From Patescibacteria group bacterium (GTDB taxonomy: Bacteria; Patescibacteriota; Patescibacteriia; UBA2591; UBA4787), in contig JAQUSN010000002.1 of assembly GCA_028715115.1 (NCBI GenBank), forward strand, positions 68,944 through 132,943: DNA of 64,000 nt, given 5' to 3'. The notes under the pieces were generated by a model. The model ran no database searches. It was not told where the DNA came from and saw only the letters and a list, made by a program, of their open reading frames with translations. The position numbers were made by a program, and so were the translations under genes. Position 1 is the first letter of the stretch; the number at the start of each line of letters is the position of its first letter. Shown here in pieces: positions 54,892 to 63,878 of the stretch.

Positions 54892-55434
54892 ATGGCTAAA
54901 CAGGTAGAACAAGGTAAAAGATGGTATGCGATTCATACCTATTCCGGCTATGAAGAGAACGTGATAGAAAGTCTTAAACAGAGAATTGCCTCTATGGGAA
55001 TGCAGGACAAAATTTTTAACGTTTTGATTCCTACTGAAAAAAGAATTAAGATAAAGGGCGGGAAAAGGAAAATTATTACTGAAAAAATGTTTTCAGGCTA
55101 TGTTTTAGTCGAGATGATTGTAACTGACGATTCTTGGTATGTAGTTAGAAATACTCCGAACGTGACAGGTTTTATTGGTACCGGCACCATTCCTACGCCA
55201 TTGTCGGAAGAAGAAATTAAAGTTATTCAAAAAAGAATGGGCATTGAAGAGCCAAAATATAAAATTGACATTAAAGTCGGAGACTTAGTTAAAATCACCG
55301 ATGGCCCATTTAAAAACTTCGAAGGCAAGGTGGCTGAAACTGACGAAGAAAGAGGCAAGGTTAAAGTGTTGATTTCCGTTTTTAGTCGAGAAACGCCCGC
55401 CGAATTGGACTTTTTACAAGTCAAAAAAATATAA
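54892..55434 (+). CDS. nusG: transcription termination/antitermination factor NusG
   Basis: [31 protein letters not shown] motif. Confidence 0.97.
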   Translation: MAKQVEQGKRWYAIHTYSGYEENVIESLKQRIASMGMQDKIFNVLIPTEKRIKIKGGKRKIITEKMFSGYVLVEMIVTDDSWYVVRNTPNVTGFIGTGTIPTPLSEEEIKVIQKRMGIEEPKYKIDIKVGDLVKITDGPFKNFEGKVAETDEERGKVKVLISVFSRETPAELDFLQVKKI

Positions 55435-55451
55435 TACATAAAAATAATAAT

Positions 55452-55880
55452 ATGGCAGTTAAAAAAATTAAAACAGTCATTAAACTTCAAATTCCGGCTT
55501 CTCAGGCTACGCCAGCTCCGCCAGTTGGTCCGGCTTTGGGCCAGCATGGTTTAAATATTGCAGAATTTTGTAAAAAGTTTAATGATCAAACTAAAGATAA
55601 AGCCGGCAATACTGTTCCGGTCGAAATCACCGTTTATGAAGACAGAAGCTATACTTTTATTTTAAAAACTCCGCCTACTCCAGAGTTGATTAAAAAGGCA
55701 ATTGGCATTGAAAAGGGTTCAGGTAAATCTTTGCGGGAAAAGGCCGGCAAAATAACGCGCAAACAAATTGCCGATATTGCTAAAATAAAAATGCCAGATC
55801 TGAACGCCAATAGCTTGGAAGCAGCCATGAGAACGGTTGAGGGTACAGCTAAACAAATGGGAGTTCAAGTGATTGATTAA
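55452..55880 (+). CDS. rplK: 50S ribosomal protein L11
   Basis: [26 protein letters not shown]. Confidence 0.98.
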   Translation: MAVKKIKTVIKLQIPASQATPAPPVGPALGQHGLNIAEFCKKFNDQTKDKAGNTVPVEITVYEDRSYTFILKTPPTPELIKKAIGIEKGSGKSLREKAGKITRKQIADIAKIKMPDLNANSLEAAMRTVEGTAKQMGVQVID

Positions 55881-55902
55881 TCAATAATTTATATTTTAAT
55901 AT

Positions 55903-56583
55903 ATGGCACGAGGTAAAAAATATCAAGAAATTAAAGCAAAGGTTAACATTAACAAAGCCTATACATTAGACGAGGTGATTGATTTTATTAAAAATAATCA
56001 CGTTGCCAAATTTGATGAAAGTATTGAACTTCACATAAAATTAGGCATTGATCCGACCAAAACAGAACAGAACGTTCATGGTTCGGTAGTTTTGCCGAGC
56101 GGTTCTTTAAAGAAAAAAAGAATTGCTGTTTTTGCTACTCCGGCTAAAATAGAAGAAGCCAAAAGCGCTGGTGCCGATATTGTCGGCGGGCAAGAATTAA
56201 TTGAACAGATTAAGGCGAGCGGTAAATGCGATTTTGACGTGGCCATAGCTGAGCCGGCAATTATGAAAGATTTAGCCCAAGTTGCTAAGGTGCTGGGACC
56301 AAAAGGCTTAATGCCGACCCCAAAAACCGAGGCTATCACGACTGATTTTAAGAAAACTATTGCCGAATTAAGCGGCGGTAAAACGAACTTTAAGAGCGAT
56401 GCTAGCGGAATTGTGCATCAGGCTGTGGCTAGAATCTCTTGGCCAACTGATAAAATAAAAGCAAATATTGTTAAACTTTTTGAGGCCGTTAAGAAATCGA
56501 AACCATCAACCTCCAAGGGTATTTTTATTCAGGGTGTTACAATTGCTTCGACTATGGGCCCAGGATTAAAGGTTCAACTATAA
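55903..56583 (+). CDS. rplA: 50S ribosomal protein L1
   Basis: KFDES.E, LGPKGLMP.PK, STMGPG. Confidence 0.97.
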   Translation: MARGKKYQEIKAKVNINKAYTLDEVIDFIKNNHVAKFDESIELHIKLGIDPTKTEQNVHGSVVLPSGSLKKKRIAVFATPAKIEEAKSAGADIVGGQELIEQIKASGKCDFDVAIAEPAIMKDLAQVAKVLGPKGLMPTPKTEAITTDFKKTIAELSGGKTNFKSDASGIVHQAVARISWPTDKIKANIVKLFEAVKKSKPSTSKGIFIQGVTIASTMGPGLKVQL

Positions 56584-56601
56584 TTGAATAATTTATATAG
56601 A

Positions 56602-56635
56602 AAAAGAGGGCAACTCAATCGAGTTGACCTCTTTT
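56602..56635 (+). terminator. intrinsic terminator after rplA
   Basis: AAAAGAGG-G-CAACTC-AATC-GAGTTG-A-CCTCTTTT. Confidence 0.8.
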
Positions 56636-56678
56636 ATGTTTAGGATTATAATATAATAAACATCGTCTTTGATTATTT

Positions 56679-58055
56679 ATGAAAAAAGCAGAACTTTTTT
56701 TCACGGCCATTTTGTTGCCGATTGATTATTTGATGGTAGTTAGTGCCGGTCTTTTGGCATATTTTTTGCGTTTTAATGCCCTGGCCCAACTTAGACCGAT
56801 AATTTTTGAGTTGCCATTTTGGCATTATTTAGGAATTATTTTGCTGGTCGCCCTGTTTTCTATAATAGTTTTCGCTTTTAATGGATTATATCGAATAGGT
56901 CGTCAACGGTTTAGTCGAGAGCTGGCTAAAATATTTTTCGGCGTAACAACCGCCGTTATGTTGATAGTTTTATTTGTTTTTTTTCAGCGAACCCTTTTTT
57001 CTTCAAGGTTTATCGTTTTAATGGGCTGGTTGTTAGCGATAATTTTGGTTGCCTTGGGTAGATTTTTTATCCATCTGGCCCGGCTTAACATCTATAAATT
57101 AGGCAGAGGGTTAGAGCCGACAGTTATAGTGGGCGATGGCCCATTCGCTCGCGATATTTTAGACCAATTAATTAAAGAAAGAGGGTTTGGTTATCGAATT
57201 ATTGACAACTCAAAGTCAGTTGACGAATTTATTACGCGTTGGCAAGATCGAGCTCAAGAAATTAGGGTGGTTATTTTGGGGGACGTGACAACCACCAATC
57301 AAGAAATTTATCGTTTGGTTAATTTTTGTAATGAACATCAAATAGTTTTTAAATACGTGGTTGATTCTTATGGCGCTCTTTTAACTAACATAAAGAGTGA
57401 AACCATTGCCGGCGTGCCGGTTATAGAAATAAAGAGAACCGCTCTTGATGGTTGGGGCAGAATTATAAAAAGATTTTTCGATATAATTATTTCCTTCTTG
57501 GCTTTAATAATTTTATCTCCTTTATTTTTAATAATAGCTGTTATTATAAAATTAGATTCGCCGGGGCCAATTTTTGTTAAGCTTAAAAGAGTCGGCTGTC
57601 GCAATCAATGTTTTCCGGTCTACAAGTTTCGTTCTATGGTTATTGGGGCCGAGAAGATGAAGGAAGACCTTATGTCATACAATGAACGAGGGGATGGCCC
57701 ATTATTTAAAATGCAAAATGATCCGCGCGTAACCCGTTTTGGCAAATTCATTAGAAAAACCAGTCTTGATGAATTGCCCCAGCTATACAATGTTTTAATT
57801 GGGCAAATGAGCCTGGTTGGCCCGCGGCCCCATGAACCCCAGGAAGTAGAAAGGTACAAAAGCAATCATAAGCAACTCTTGACGATTAAACCTGGTATTA
57901 CCGGTTTGGCACAAATCAGCGGTCGCTCTAATCTCACCTTTGATGATGAAGCAAATTTGGATATTTATTATATTGAAAACTGGTCATTGGGTTATGATGG
58001 ACAAATTTTAATAAAAACCCTACCGGTTGTTTTAAGTAAAAAAAACGTAGCTTAA
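56679..58055 (+). CDS. polyprenyl glycosylphosphotransferase (WcaJ/WbaP-type sugar transferase)
   Basis: [51 protein letters not shown]. Confidence 0.92.
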   Translation: MKKAELFFTAILLPIDYLMVVSAGLLAYFLRFNALAQLRPIIFELPFWHYLGIILLVALFSIIVFAFNGLYRIGRQRFSRELAKIFFGVTTAVMLIVLFVFFQRTLFSSRFIVLMGWLLAIILVALGRFFIHLARLNIYKLGRGLEPTVIVGDGPFARDILDQLIKERGFGYRIIDNSKSVDEFITRWQDRAQEIRVVILGDVTTTNQEIYRLVNFCNEHQIVFKYVVDSYGALLTNIKSETIAGVPVIEIKRTALDGWGRIIKRFFDIIISFLALIILSPLFLIIAVIIKLDSPGPIFVKLKRVGCRNQCFPVYKFRSMVIGAEKMKEDLMSYNERGDGPLFKMQNDPRVTRFGKFIRKTSLDELPQLYNVLIGQMSLVGPRPHEPQEVERYKSNHKQLLTIKPGITGLAQISGRSNLTFDDEANLDIYYIENWSLGYDGQILIKTLPVVLSKKNVA

Positions 58056-58059
58056 TACT

Positions 58060-59550
58060 ATGGAATTAGAACCAATTATTGGCCTGGAAATTCATTTACA
58101 ACTTAAAACCAAAAGCAAAATGTTTTGCGACTGCCAGAATGAGTGGCTTGACGCTAGTCCAAATGTTAATATTTGCCCGATTTGCTTTGGTCACCCCGGC
58201 GTCTTGCCGGTAATTAACCGTGGCGCCGTAGAAATGGCCCTTAATTTAGGATTAGCATTAGAGGGCGACGTTGCCCAGTATTCTAAATTTGATAGAAAAA
58301 ATTATTTCTATCCAGATTTGCCTAAGGGATATCAAATTAGCCAATATGCGATTCCGATTGTCAAAAAAGCCAAATTAAAATTAAACGAAGACAGAACGAT
58401 TAGAATAAACAGAATTCATCTTGAAGAAGATACGGCAAAATTAATTCATACCCCTGATTATAAATGGAGCCTGTTGGATTACAATCGAGCCGGAATTCCA
58501 CTGTTGGAAGTAGTGACCGAACCTGACTTTAAATCTCCAGAAGAGGCGAAATTATTTTTACGTGAATTACAGCTCCTGGCCCGCTATTTAAACATTTCCT
58601 GGGCTGACATGGAAAAAGGCCAAATGCGCTGTGATACCAACATATCGTTGCGACCTAAGGGAGATAAGAAACTTTATCCTAAAGCTGAGATAAAGAATCT
58701 AAATTCTTTCCGCGCCGTGGAGGAATCTTTAAGGTATGAGATTAAAAGGCAATCAAAACTATGGGAAGCCGGCAATCCGCCCAGTGGCGATGTGACCTTT
58801 GGTTGGGATGAAAAGAAAAAAATAACCATTGAACAGCGAACCAAAGAAGGAGAAATGGATTATCGCTATTTTCCTGAGCCTGACTTGCCGCCGCTTTTAC
58901 TAACAGCATTTAATCTAAATGCCATTAAAAAGGATCTGACCGAATTGCCGATGGCTAAGAGGGGAAGATTTATGAAGTCTTTTGGTTTTAGCGAGATTGA
59001 AGCGAGGATATTGACCGATGATATAATCTTAGCTCATTTTACCGAAAAAACGCTTAGCGAATTAAAAGCTTGGCTAATTTCGATTGAAGAAGTCGAAGGT
59101 AGTGAGCAAAAAATATGGGAAAAACATAAAGAAAAGTTCGTGAAATTAGTTGGTAGTTGGTTGATTAATCGTTTAATGCATTTAATGGATAAATATAAAA
59201 CCGCTTCTTTTGAGCTTAAAATTACGCCGGAGAATTTTGCCGAATTTATAATTTTATTATATAAAGGCAATGTTTCGAGTACCTTGGGACAGCAAATTTT
59301 AGAAAAAATGTTTTTAGAAGGGCTAGATGCCGACGAAGCCATTAAAAGGGGATCAATGAACCAGATTGACGATCAAAAACAGCTCGAAAAAATAATTGAT
59401 AAAATTATCAAGAATAATCCCAAGGTTGTCGCTGATTATAAAAAAGGTAAAACCAATGCCATTGCTTTTCTAGTCGGCTTAATTATGAGAGAGACCAAGG
59501 GTCGTGCTAAAGTTGAATTGGTTAAAGAAATACTAGAAGAAAAATTATAA
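58060..59550 (+). CDS. gatB: Asp/Glu-tRNA amidotransferase subunit B
   Basis: IGLEIH.QL.T.SKMFC, FDRKNYFYPDLPKGYQISQ, DYRYFPEPDLPP. Confidence 0.97.
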   Translation: MELEPIIGLEIHLQLKTKSKMFCDCQNEWLDASPNVNICPICFGHPGVLPVINRGAVEMALNLGLALEGDVAQYSKFDRKNYFYPDLPKGYQISQYAIPIVKKAKLKLNEDRTIRINRIHLEEDTAKLIHTPDYKWSLLDYNRAGIPLLEVVTEPDFKSPEEAKLFLRELQLLARYLNISWADMEKGQMRCDTNISLRPKGDKKLYPKAEIKNLNSFRAVEESLRYEIKRQSKLWEAGNPPSGDVTFGWDEKKKITIEQRTKEGEMDYRYFPEPDLPPLLLTAFNLNAIKKDLTELPMAKRGRFMKSFGFSEIEARILTDDIILAHFTEKTLSELKAWLISIEEVEGSEQKIWEKHKEKFVKLVGSWLINRLMHLMDKYKTASFELKITPENFAEFIILLYKGNVSSTLGQQILEKMFLEGLDADEAIKRGSMNQIDDQKQLEKIIDKIIKNNPKVVADYKKGKTNAIAFLVGLIMRETKGRAKVELVKEILEEKL

Positions 59551-59562
59551 ATTAATATTATA

Positions 59563-59594
59563 AAAAAAGACCGGTTAATTTACTGGTCTTTTTT
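59563..59594. terminator. bidirectional terminator between gatB and miaA
   Basis: AAAAAAGACCGGT-TAATTT-ACTGGTCTTTTTT. Confidence 0.8.
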
Positions 59595-59603
59595 GTTTTA
59601 GAA

Positions 59604-60614
59604 TTAATTTTTTAAGAATTTTTTAATTAATTTTTTAGCTTTTTCCGTACTTTCATAATTTAACCATTTAACGGTTTTGTCTCTTTTGAACCAGGATAAT
59701 TGACGTTTAGCATAATGACGAGTTTCGGTTTTGATTAGTTCGACAGCCTGTTCAAGCGTTAATTTATTATTTAAATATAAGTTAATTTGCCGGTAACCGA
59801 TGCCGGTCATTGACGGAAGCAGGGGAGAGTATTTATTATTCAGTTTTTTAACTTCATTGATCAGCCCGTTTTTTATCATTTGCTCGACGCGGTCGTTGAT
59901 ACGCTGATAGAGTTTTTGGCGTGGCAACTTAAGCCCAATTTGTAAAATATCAAAAGATGATTTTTTATTATTCCTTGTTTCTGAAAATGGCTGACCAGTT
60001 TTAAGGCAAACCTCGAGGGCGCGGATAATTCGGCGCGGATTTTTCGGATCAATGAAGTCTTTAGCTCCGGGGTCAAGCTTGATTAATTTTTTATATAAAT
60101 AAGTTAAACCGTATTTTTTTATGTCCTTTTCTATTTTTTTTCTTAATTTTAGATCGGCCGCTATAGGCGGGATATTTAAATCATTAATAATTGAGGATAC
60201 GTATAAACCAGTGCCGCCTACTAAAAATGGAATCTTGCCGCGCGATTGAACGTTTCTAATAATTTTAAGCGCCATATCTTTAAAGTCAGCTACGCTGAAG
60301 CCTTCATTTGGCTTTTTTATATCAATTAAATAATGAGGCACTTGCTGAATTATGAATATTGGTTTTTTGTCAATTCTGTTCAAAAAATCTGATTTTTTGT
60401 TTACAGAATTGAGCGCCCCGATCCGCCGGCTGGCAAAGAGGGGTAACCTTATTGTGGGCTTGGCAGTGCCAATATCCATACCCTTATAAACAGTGCGGCT
60501 ATCAGCGCAAATGATTTCCCCTTTGAATTTTTTAGCTAATTTAATAGCAAAATCGGTCTTTCCCGAGCCGGTCGGGCCGATGATGACTATTAATTTATTG
60601 TTTAGAGTAGACAT
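59604..60614 (-). CDS. miaA: tRNA dimethylallyltransferase
   Basis: GPTGSGKT, ADSR..YKGMDIGTAKP, VGGTGLY, RRIIRALE, YAKRQ.SWF. Confidence 0.96.
   Translation of the reverse strand: MSTLNNKLIVIIGPTGSGKTDFAIKLAKKFKGEIICADSRTVYKGMDIGTAKPTIRLPLFASRRIGALNSVNKKSDFLNRIDKKPIFIIQQVPHYLIDIKKPNEGFSVADFKDMALKIIRNVQSRGKIPFLVGGTGLYVSSIINDLNIPPIAADLKLRKKIEKDIKKYGLTYLYKKLIKLDPGAKDFIDPKNPRRIIRALEVCLKTGQPFSETRNNKKSSFDILQIGLKLPRQKLYQRINDRVEQMIKNGLINEVKKLNNKYSPLLPSMTGIGYRQINLYLNNKLTLEQAVELIKTETRHYAKRQLSWFKRDKTVKWLNYESTEKAKKLIKKFLKN
60371..60447. repeat. two adjacent palindromes in frame within miaA
   Basis: CAATTCTGT.CAAAAAATC-T-GATTTTTTG...ACAGAATTG, then CCCC-GATCCGCCGGCTGGCAAAGA-GGGG-TAAC. Confidence 0.6.
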
Positions 60615-60658
60615 AATTTAAGAATGTTTTATAATAGAAGGAGAATGCCTCCATTGTT

Positions 60659-60680
60659 GCCTGCCTGCCGGCAGGCAGGC
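60659..60680. repeat. perfect GC palindrome
   Basis: GCCTGCCTGCCGGCAGGCAGGC; related copy CCTGCCTATCGGCAGGCAG at 18642. Confidence 0.8.
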
Positions 60681-60725
60681 CAGCCAGCGCTCGCTTGGCA
60701 ATAATAAGGGTATAATCATATAAAT

Positions 60726-61499
60726 ATGAATGTTCAAGCTTTAAAAGAATTTTTCCTTTCTTTAGATCCGCAAAATATTGTTTTATTTACTTTGATAACC
60801 GCGTTATTATGTTTAGCGTGGATTTTTTTGTGCTTGCGCTTGGATCGCGAATCTCCAGAGCCAAAAGAACAAATCGTGAGAATATTTTTCTGGGGAGGCC
60901 TGATGGTTTTTCCGGCCCTGTTTATTGCCGGACCGATTACCGTTTTTATAAATAAGTTCACTTTTCTGAGTTCTTTAGCTCAAATTTTAATCCTTTCTTT
61001 TTTAGTTGACGGACTAATCGAAGAATTTATTAAGTTTAGCATCATTTCGGAGAAGGTTTATCGAAAGCCGTTTTTTGACGAGCCGCGCGATGGTTTAATT
61101 TATGGTATGATTCTTGGCATCGGGTTTTCCTTTTTAGAAAGTTTTTTCTACAGCTTAACCCTAGTGGGCGAGCAGCACGCGTTTTTAATTATTCTAATGA
61201 GGGGATTAATGACAACTTTCATGCATCTTTTGGCTGGTGGGATTATTGGTTATCATTTTGGTCTGGCAAAATTTGCGCATTTTTATCGTCATAAGCTGGC
61301 GACAAAGGGCTATCAAAGAATGCTGGTTTGGCGTGGTTTAATTTTGGCCATCTGCTTCCATGCCTTATATAATTTAGTCATTCGTTTCAATTATGTTTGG
61401 CTGATGATTCCTTTGGCAGTGTTATTAATCGGAGTTTATATTTCGATTATTTTGGGCTTAAGAAAAACTCAGACCTTATTCAAGTCGAACGCCCTCTAA
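60726..61499 (+). CDS. PrsW family intramembrane metalloprotease
   Basis: D...PEP, IEEFIK, F.EP.DGLIYG...G.GFS..E, H, HALYN. Confidence 0.9.
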   Translation: MNVQALKEFFLSLDPQNIVLFTLITALLCLAWIFLCLRLDRESPEPKEQIVRIFFWGGLMVFPALFIAGPITVFINKFTFLSSLAQILILSFLVDGLIEEFIKFSIISEKVYRKPFFDEPRDGLIYGMILGIGFSFLESFFYSLTLVGEQHAFLIILMRGLMTTFMHLLAGGIIGYHFGLAKFAHFYRHKLATKGYQRMLVWRGLILAICFHALYNLVIRFNYVWLMIPLAVLLIGVYISIILGLRKTQTLFKSNAL

Positions 61500-62729
61500 A
61501 CAGAAATCAGCTGCTTTGATAATTTTAACTTTTATAATATCGCCGATTTTTATATTCGGTGATTTTTTAATTTTTACGGTTTTAAAGGTTTTGGTTTTGC
61601 CGTAGAAGTAACCTTTATCATGGTTATTAATCAATACTTCAACTATTTTTTTCAAGTAATTTTTATTATTTTTTAAGGCTGATTTTTTTAAGATTTCATT
61701 TAGAATTTTCCATCGGCGAGATTTTTCTGCCGCCGGCACATTATCTTCCAGCTTCGCGGCTGCAGTGCCGGGCCGAGGCGAATATTCGGCGAGATATGCC
61801 ATATCAAAATTAATCTGTTTCATCAGTTTTGCCGTATTATTGAATTGTGCCTTGGTTTCTTTGGGAAAGCCAACGATAATATCTGTAGAAATAGCAATGT
61901 CGGGCATAGCTTTTCTTATTTTTTTGATCAAATTTTTATAATGTACGGATGTATAATGGCGATTCATAGCTTTTAAAACCTTATTGTCGCCAGCCTGAAC
62001 TGGCAAATGCATGTATTGGCAGATTTTTTTGCCGTTAGCCATTATTTTTATTAATTCATCGGATAGATCTTTCGGGTGGGAGGTAACGAAATTAAGCCAA
62101 AAATTTCCAGGCAAATCATTAATAGTTTTTAATAATTTCGGAAAATTATAATTCTCGGAATAATAGCTGTTAACATTCTGGCCCAAAAGCGTTGTTTCTT
62201 TATAACCGCTGTTGATTAGTGACTTCACTTCATTAATAATTTCTTTGGCCGGCCGTGAGATTTCCGGGCCTCGAGCATATGGTACAACACAATATGTGCA
62301 ATAATTGTTGCAACCGGTTGAAATCGGCACGTAGGCCTGGAATTTAGATTGGTATTTGGGGGTAACAGAAAAATAGTCGGATGAGATAGGCCTCTCTTTT
62401 TTCAGTAATTTAGGTAGTTTATTCAGGTTTTTGATATCAAAAATTAAATCAAACGATTGACTTAATTTTTTTTGGTCTGATTTTAAGACACAACCGGTCA
62501 ATAGAGTGACGATTTTCTTGTTCTTTTTAAGTTTATTCCAAATTTTTATTTTTCCGTAAATACGGTCAACGGCACTCTGTCGGACCGAGCAGGCGACAAC
62601 AGCAATTAAGTCAGCCGATTTTTCGTTATCAGTTTTTTGATAACCCAAGCCTTCCAGAATCGCGGCTAAGCGTTCGGCATCTGACTTGTTCATCTGACAC
62701 CCAAATGCAATAATGTGATAATATTTCAT
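61476..62729 (-). CDS. miaB: tRNA-2-methylthio-N6-isopentenyladenosine synthase
   Basis: FGCQMNKSD, CSVRQSA, GCNNYCTYCVVPY.RG.E.SR, LLGQNVNSY, TSHP, YSPRPGT; near miaA. Confidence 0.93.
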   Translation of the reverse strand: MKYYHIIAFGCQMNKSDAERLAAILEGLGYQKTDNEKSADLIAVVACSVRQSAVDRIYGKIKIWNKLKKNKKIVTLLTGCVLKSDQKKLSQSFDLIFDIKNLNKLPKLLKKERPISSDYFSVTPKYQSKFQAYVPISTGCNNYCTYCVVPYARGPEISRPAKEIINEVKSLINSGYKETTLLGQNVNSYYSENYNFPKLLKTINDLPGNFWLNFVTSHPKDLSDELIKIMANGKKICQYMHLPVQAGDNKVLKAMNRHYTSVHYKNLIKKIRKAMPDIAISTDIIVGFPKETKAQFNNTAKLMKQINFDMAYLAEYSPRPGTAAAKLEDNVPAAEKSRRWKILNEILKKSALKNNKNYLKKIVEVLINNHDKGYFYGKTKTFKTVKIKKSPNIKIGDIIKVKIIKAADFCLEGVRLE

Positions 62730-62736
62730 AAATAAT

Positions 62737-62854
62737 TTTACTTGCCCCGTGAATTTTACGAAGTAAAATTTTTACGGGGTTCATTCTTGCCCCGTTGTTT
62801 GACGAAGTCAAGTGTTGCGGGGTGGCAGCCAAATGTGATTATATGGTATTTCAT
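62737..62854 (-). pseudogene. ghost duplicate of the miaB 5' end interrupted by two hairpin elements
   Basis: Reads MKYHIITFGC..., and deleting 62786-62822 and 62741-62779 restores GCQMNK. Confidence 0.8.
62741..62822 (+). mobile_element. two REP-like hairpin elements (39 and 37 bp)
   Basis: CTTG-CCCCG...ACGAAGT...CGGGG twice, separated by 6 bp. Confidence 0.75.
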
Positions 62855-62863
62855 GGTTTGTAT

Positions 62864-62891
62864 ATTTTAGCAAAAAATACATAAAAATCAA
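62864..62891 (-). promoter_or_regulatory. putative miaB promoter
   Basis: TTGATT-N16-TAAAAT, 9 nt before the ghost ATG at 62854. Confidence 0.45.
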
Positions 62892-63037
62892 TCCCTTACC
62901 TAGAAATTTTAGCCAGACCCCTTTGATTGATTTTAACGATTCTTTAAGTTAATTAAATTAGCGAATAGATTTTGTTTAAAAAAATTACGTTTATTAAGGG
63001 TCTGTCTAAAAATCAATCAAAATTTTTAGGTGAGGGA
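62892..63037. repeat. 146-bp element with three interleaved inverted repeats
   Basis: A 62892-909 / A' 63020-37 (16/18); B 62909-20 / B' 62998-63009; C 62922-34 / C' 63009-21 (13/13). Confidence 0.65.
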
Positions 63038-63040
63038 CTA

Positions 63041-63069
63041 TTGACTTTTTGTCAAAAATATGCTAGAAT
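63041..63069 (+). promoter_or_regulatory. sigma70 promoter with extended -10
   Basis: TTGACT-N17-TAGAAT, with TG two bases upstream of the -10. Confidence 0.65.
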
Positions 63070-63267
63070 AGTAACATAAGAATTAAGGAGGATAAATATA
63101 GTTCTTTAAAATACTTGCGAAATTGGTGGTCATAGCCAGAAGATTCTAATCTCCGCCTCCGCCGGCTGGTGGATAACTGATTAATGTTTTCTGGCTATGA
63201 CTGCCACGCTTCCGCGATATGCGTGAGAAGAAGAGGGTAGTCCTCTAGTACAACCGAGGAGGTTGTT

Positions 63268-63786
63268 ATGTCAAAAATAGCGCTCTGCGATGCTCGTGGA
63301 CCGCTAAAACAGCTTTTTGATTGTCTCGCCGGAGACAACGGAAGCGATTGGCTGGACGAGCTAAAGAAGATGCTCCGCAAGGACGGCATCATCGACCTCG
63401 ATGCTGACCCATTCCTGCCCAACGGCTGGCAAGTGGAGCAGCACATCAAGGGCGGCTCCTTCAAGTGTGACCCCAACCAAGTGGAGCTCTATCTGGCCAA
63501 CGGCCAGAAGGGCGGCAAGGTCATTCGTGGCCACGAACTCCGCAAGGAGCTTGAAGGCAAGTCGGTTTTCAATGCCAACCTGCTTGATTGGCTGTTGGCC
63601 CATCCTCAGTTCATTCCGGACAGCTGGAAGGGCAAGGCAGTCTTCTTTTGGGGGACCGTCTATCGTAACGCCAATGGCGATCTGTGCGTGCGCTGCCTCT
63701 ATTGGAGTGGCAGCGGGTGGAGCTGGAACTACAACTGGCTTGACTACAGCTTCTACGACAACAATCCGGCGCTGCTTCGCAAGTAA
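63268..63786 (+). CDS. GC-rich hypothetical protein; putative DGR target with C-terminal variable region
   Basis: Strong SD GAGGAGG; C-terminus VRCLYWSGSGWSWNYNWLDYSFYDNNPALL with a variable-region-like codon pattern. Confidence 0.75.
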   Translation: MSKIALCDARGPLKQLFDCLAGDNGSDWLDELKKMLRKDGIIDLDADPFLPNGWQVEQHIKGGSFKCDPNQVELYLANGQKGGKVIRGHELRKELEGKSVFNANLLDWLLAHPQFIPDSWKGKAVFFWGTVYRNANGDLCVRCLYWSGSGWSWNYNWLDYSFYDNNPALLRK

Positions 63787-63817
63787 CTCTCGGGACCTGG
63801 GATCCTTGTTCCTTTGG

Positions 63818-63846
63818 TCCGCCGTCCGCCAACTGGCGGAGGCGGA
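63818..63846. repeat. nested TCCGCC/GGCGGA palindrome
   Basis: TCCGCC-G-TCCGCCA-AC-TGGCGGA-GGCGGA. Confidence 0.7.
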
Positions 63847-63878
63847 TTGGACCCTTGGAATTTTGGTCTTTGGTTCTA

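Noticed and set aside
62741-62822. Two similar repeats as a mini CRISPR array
   Set aside because: Only two imperfect units separated by 6 bp, no cas genes; better explained as inserted hairpins
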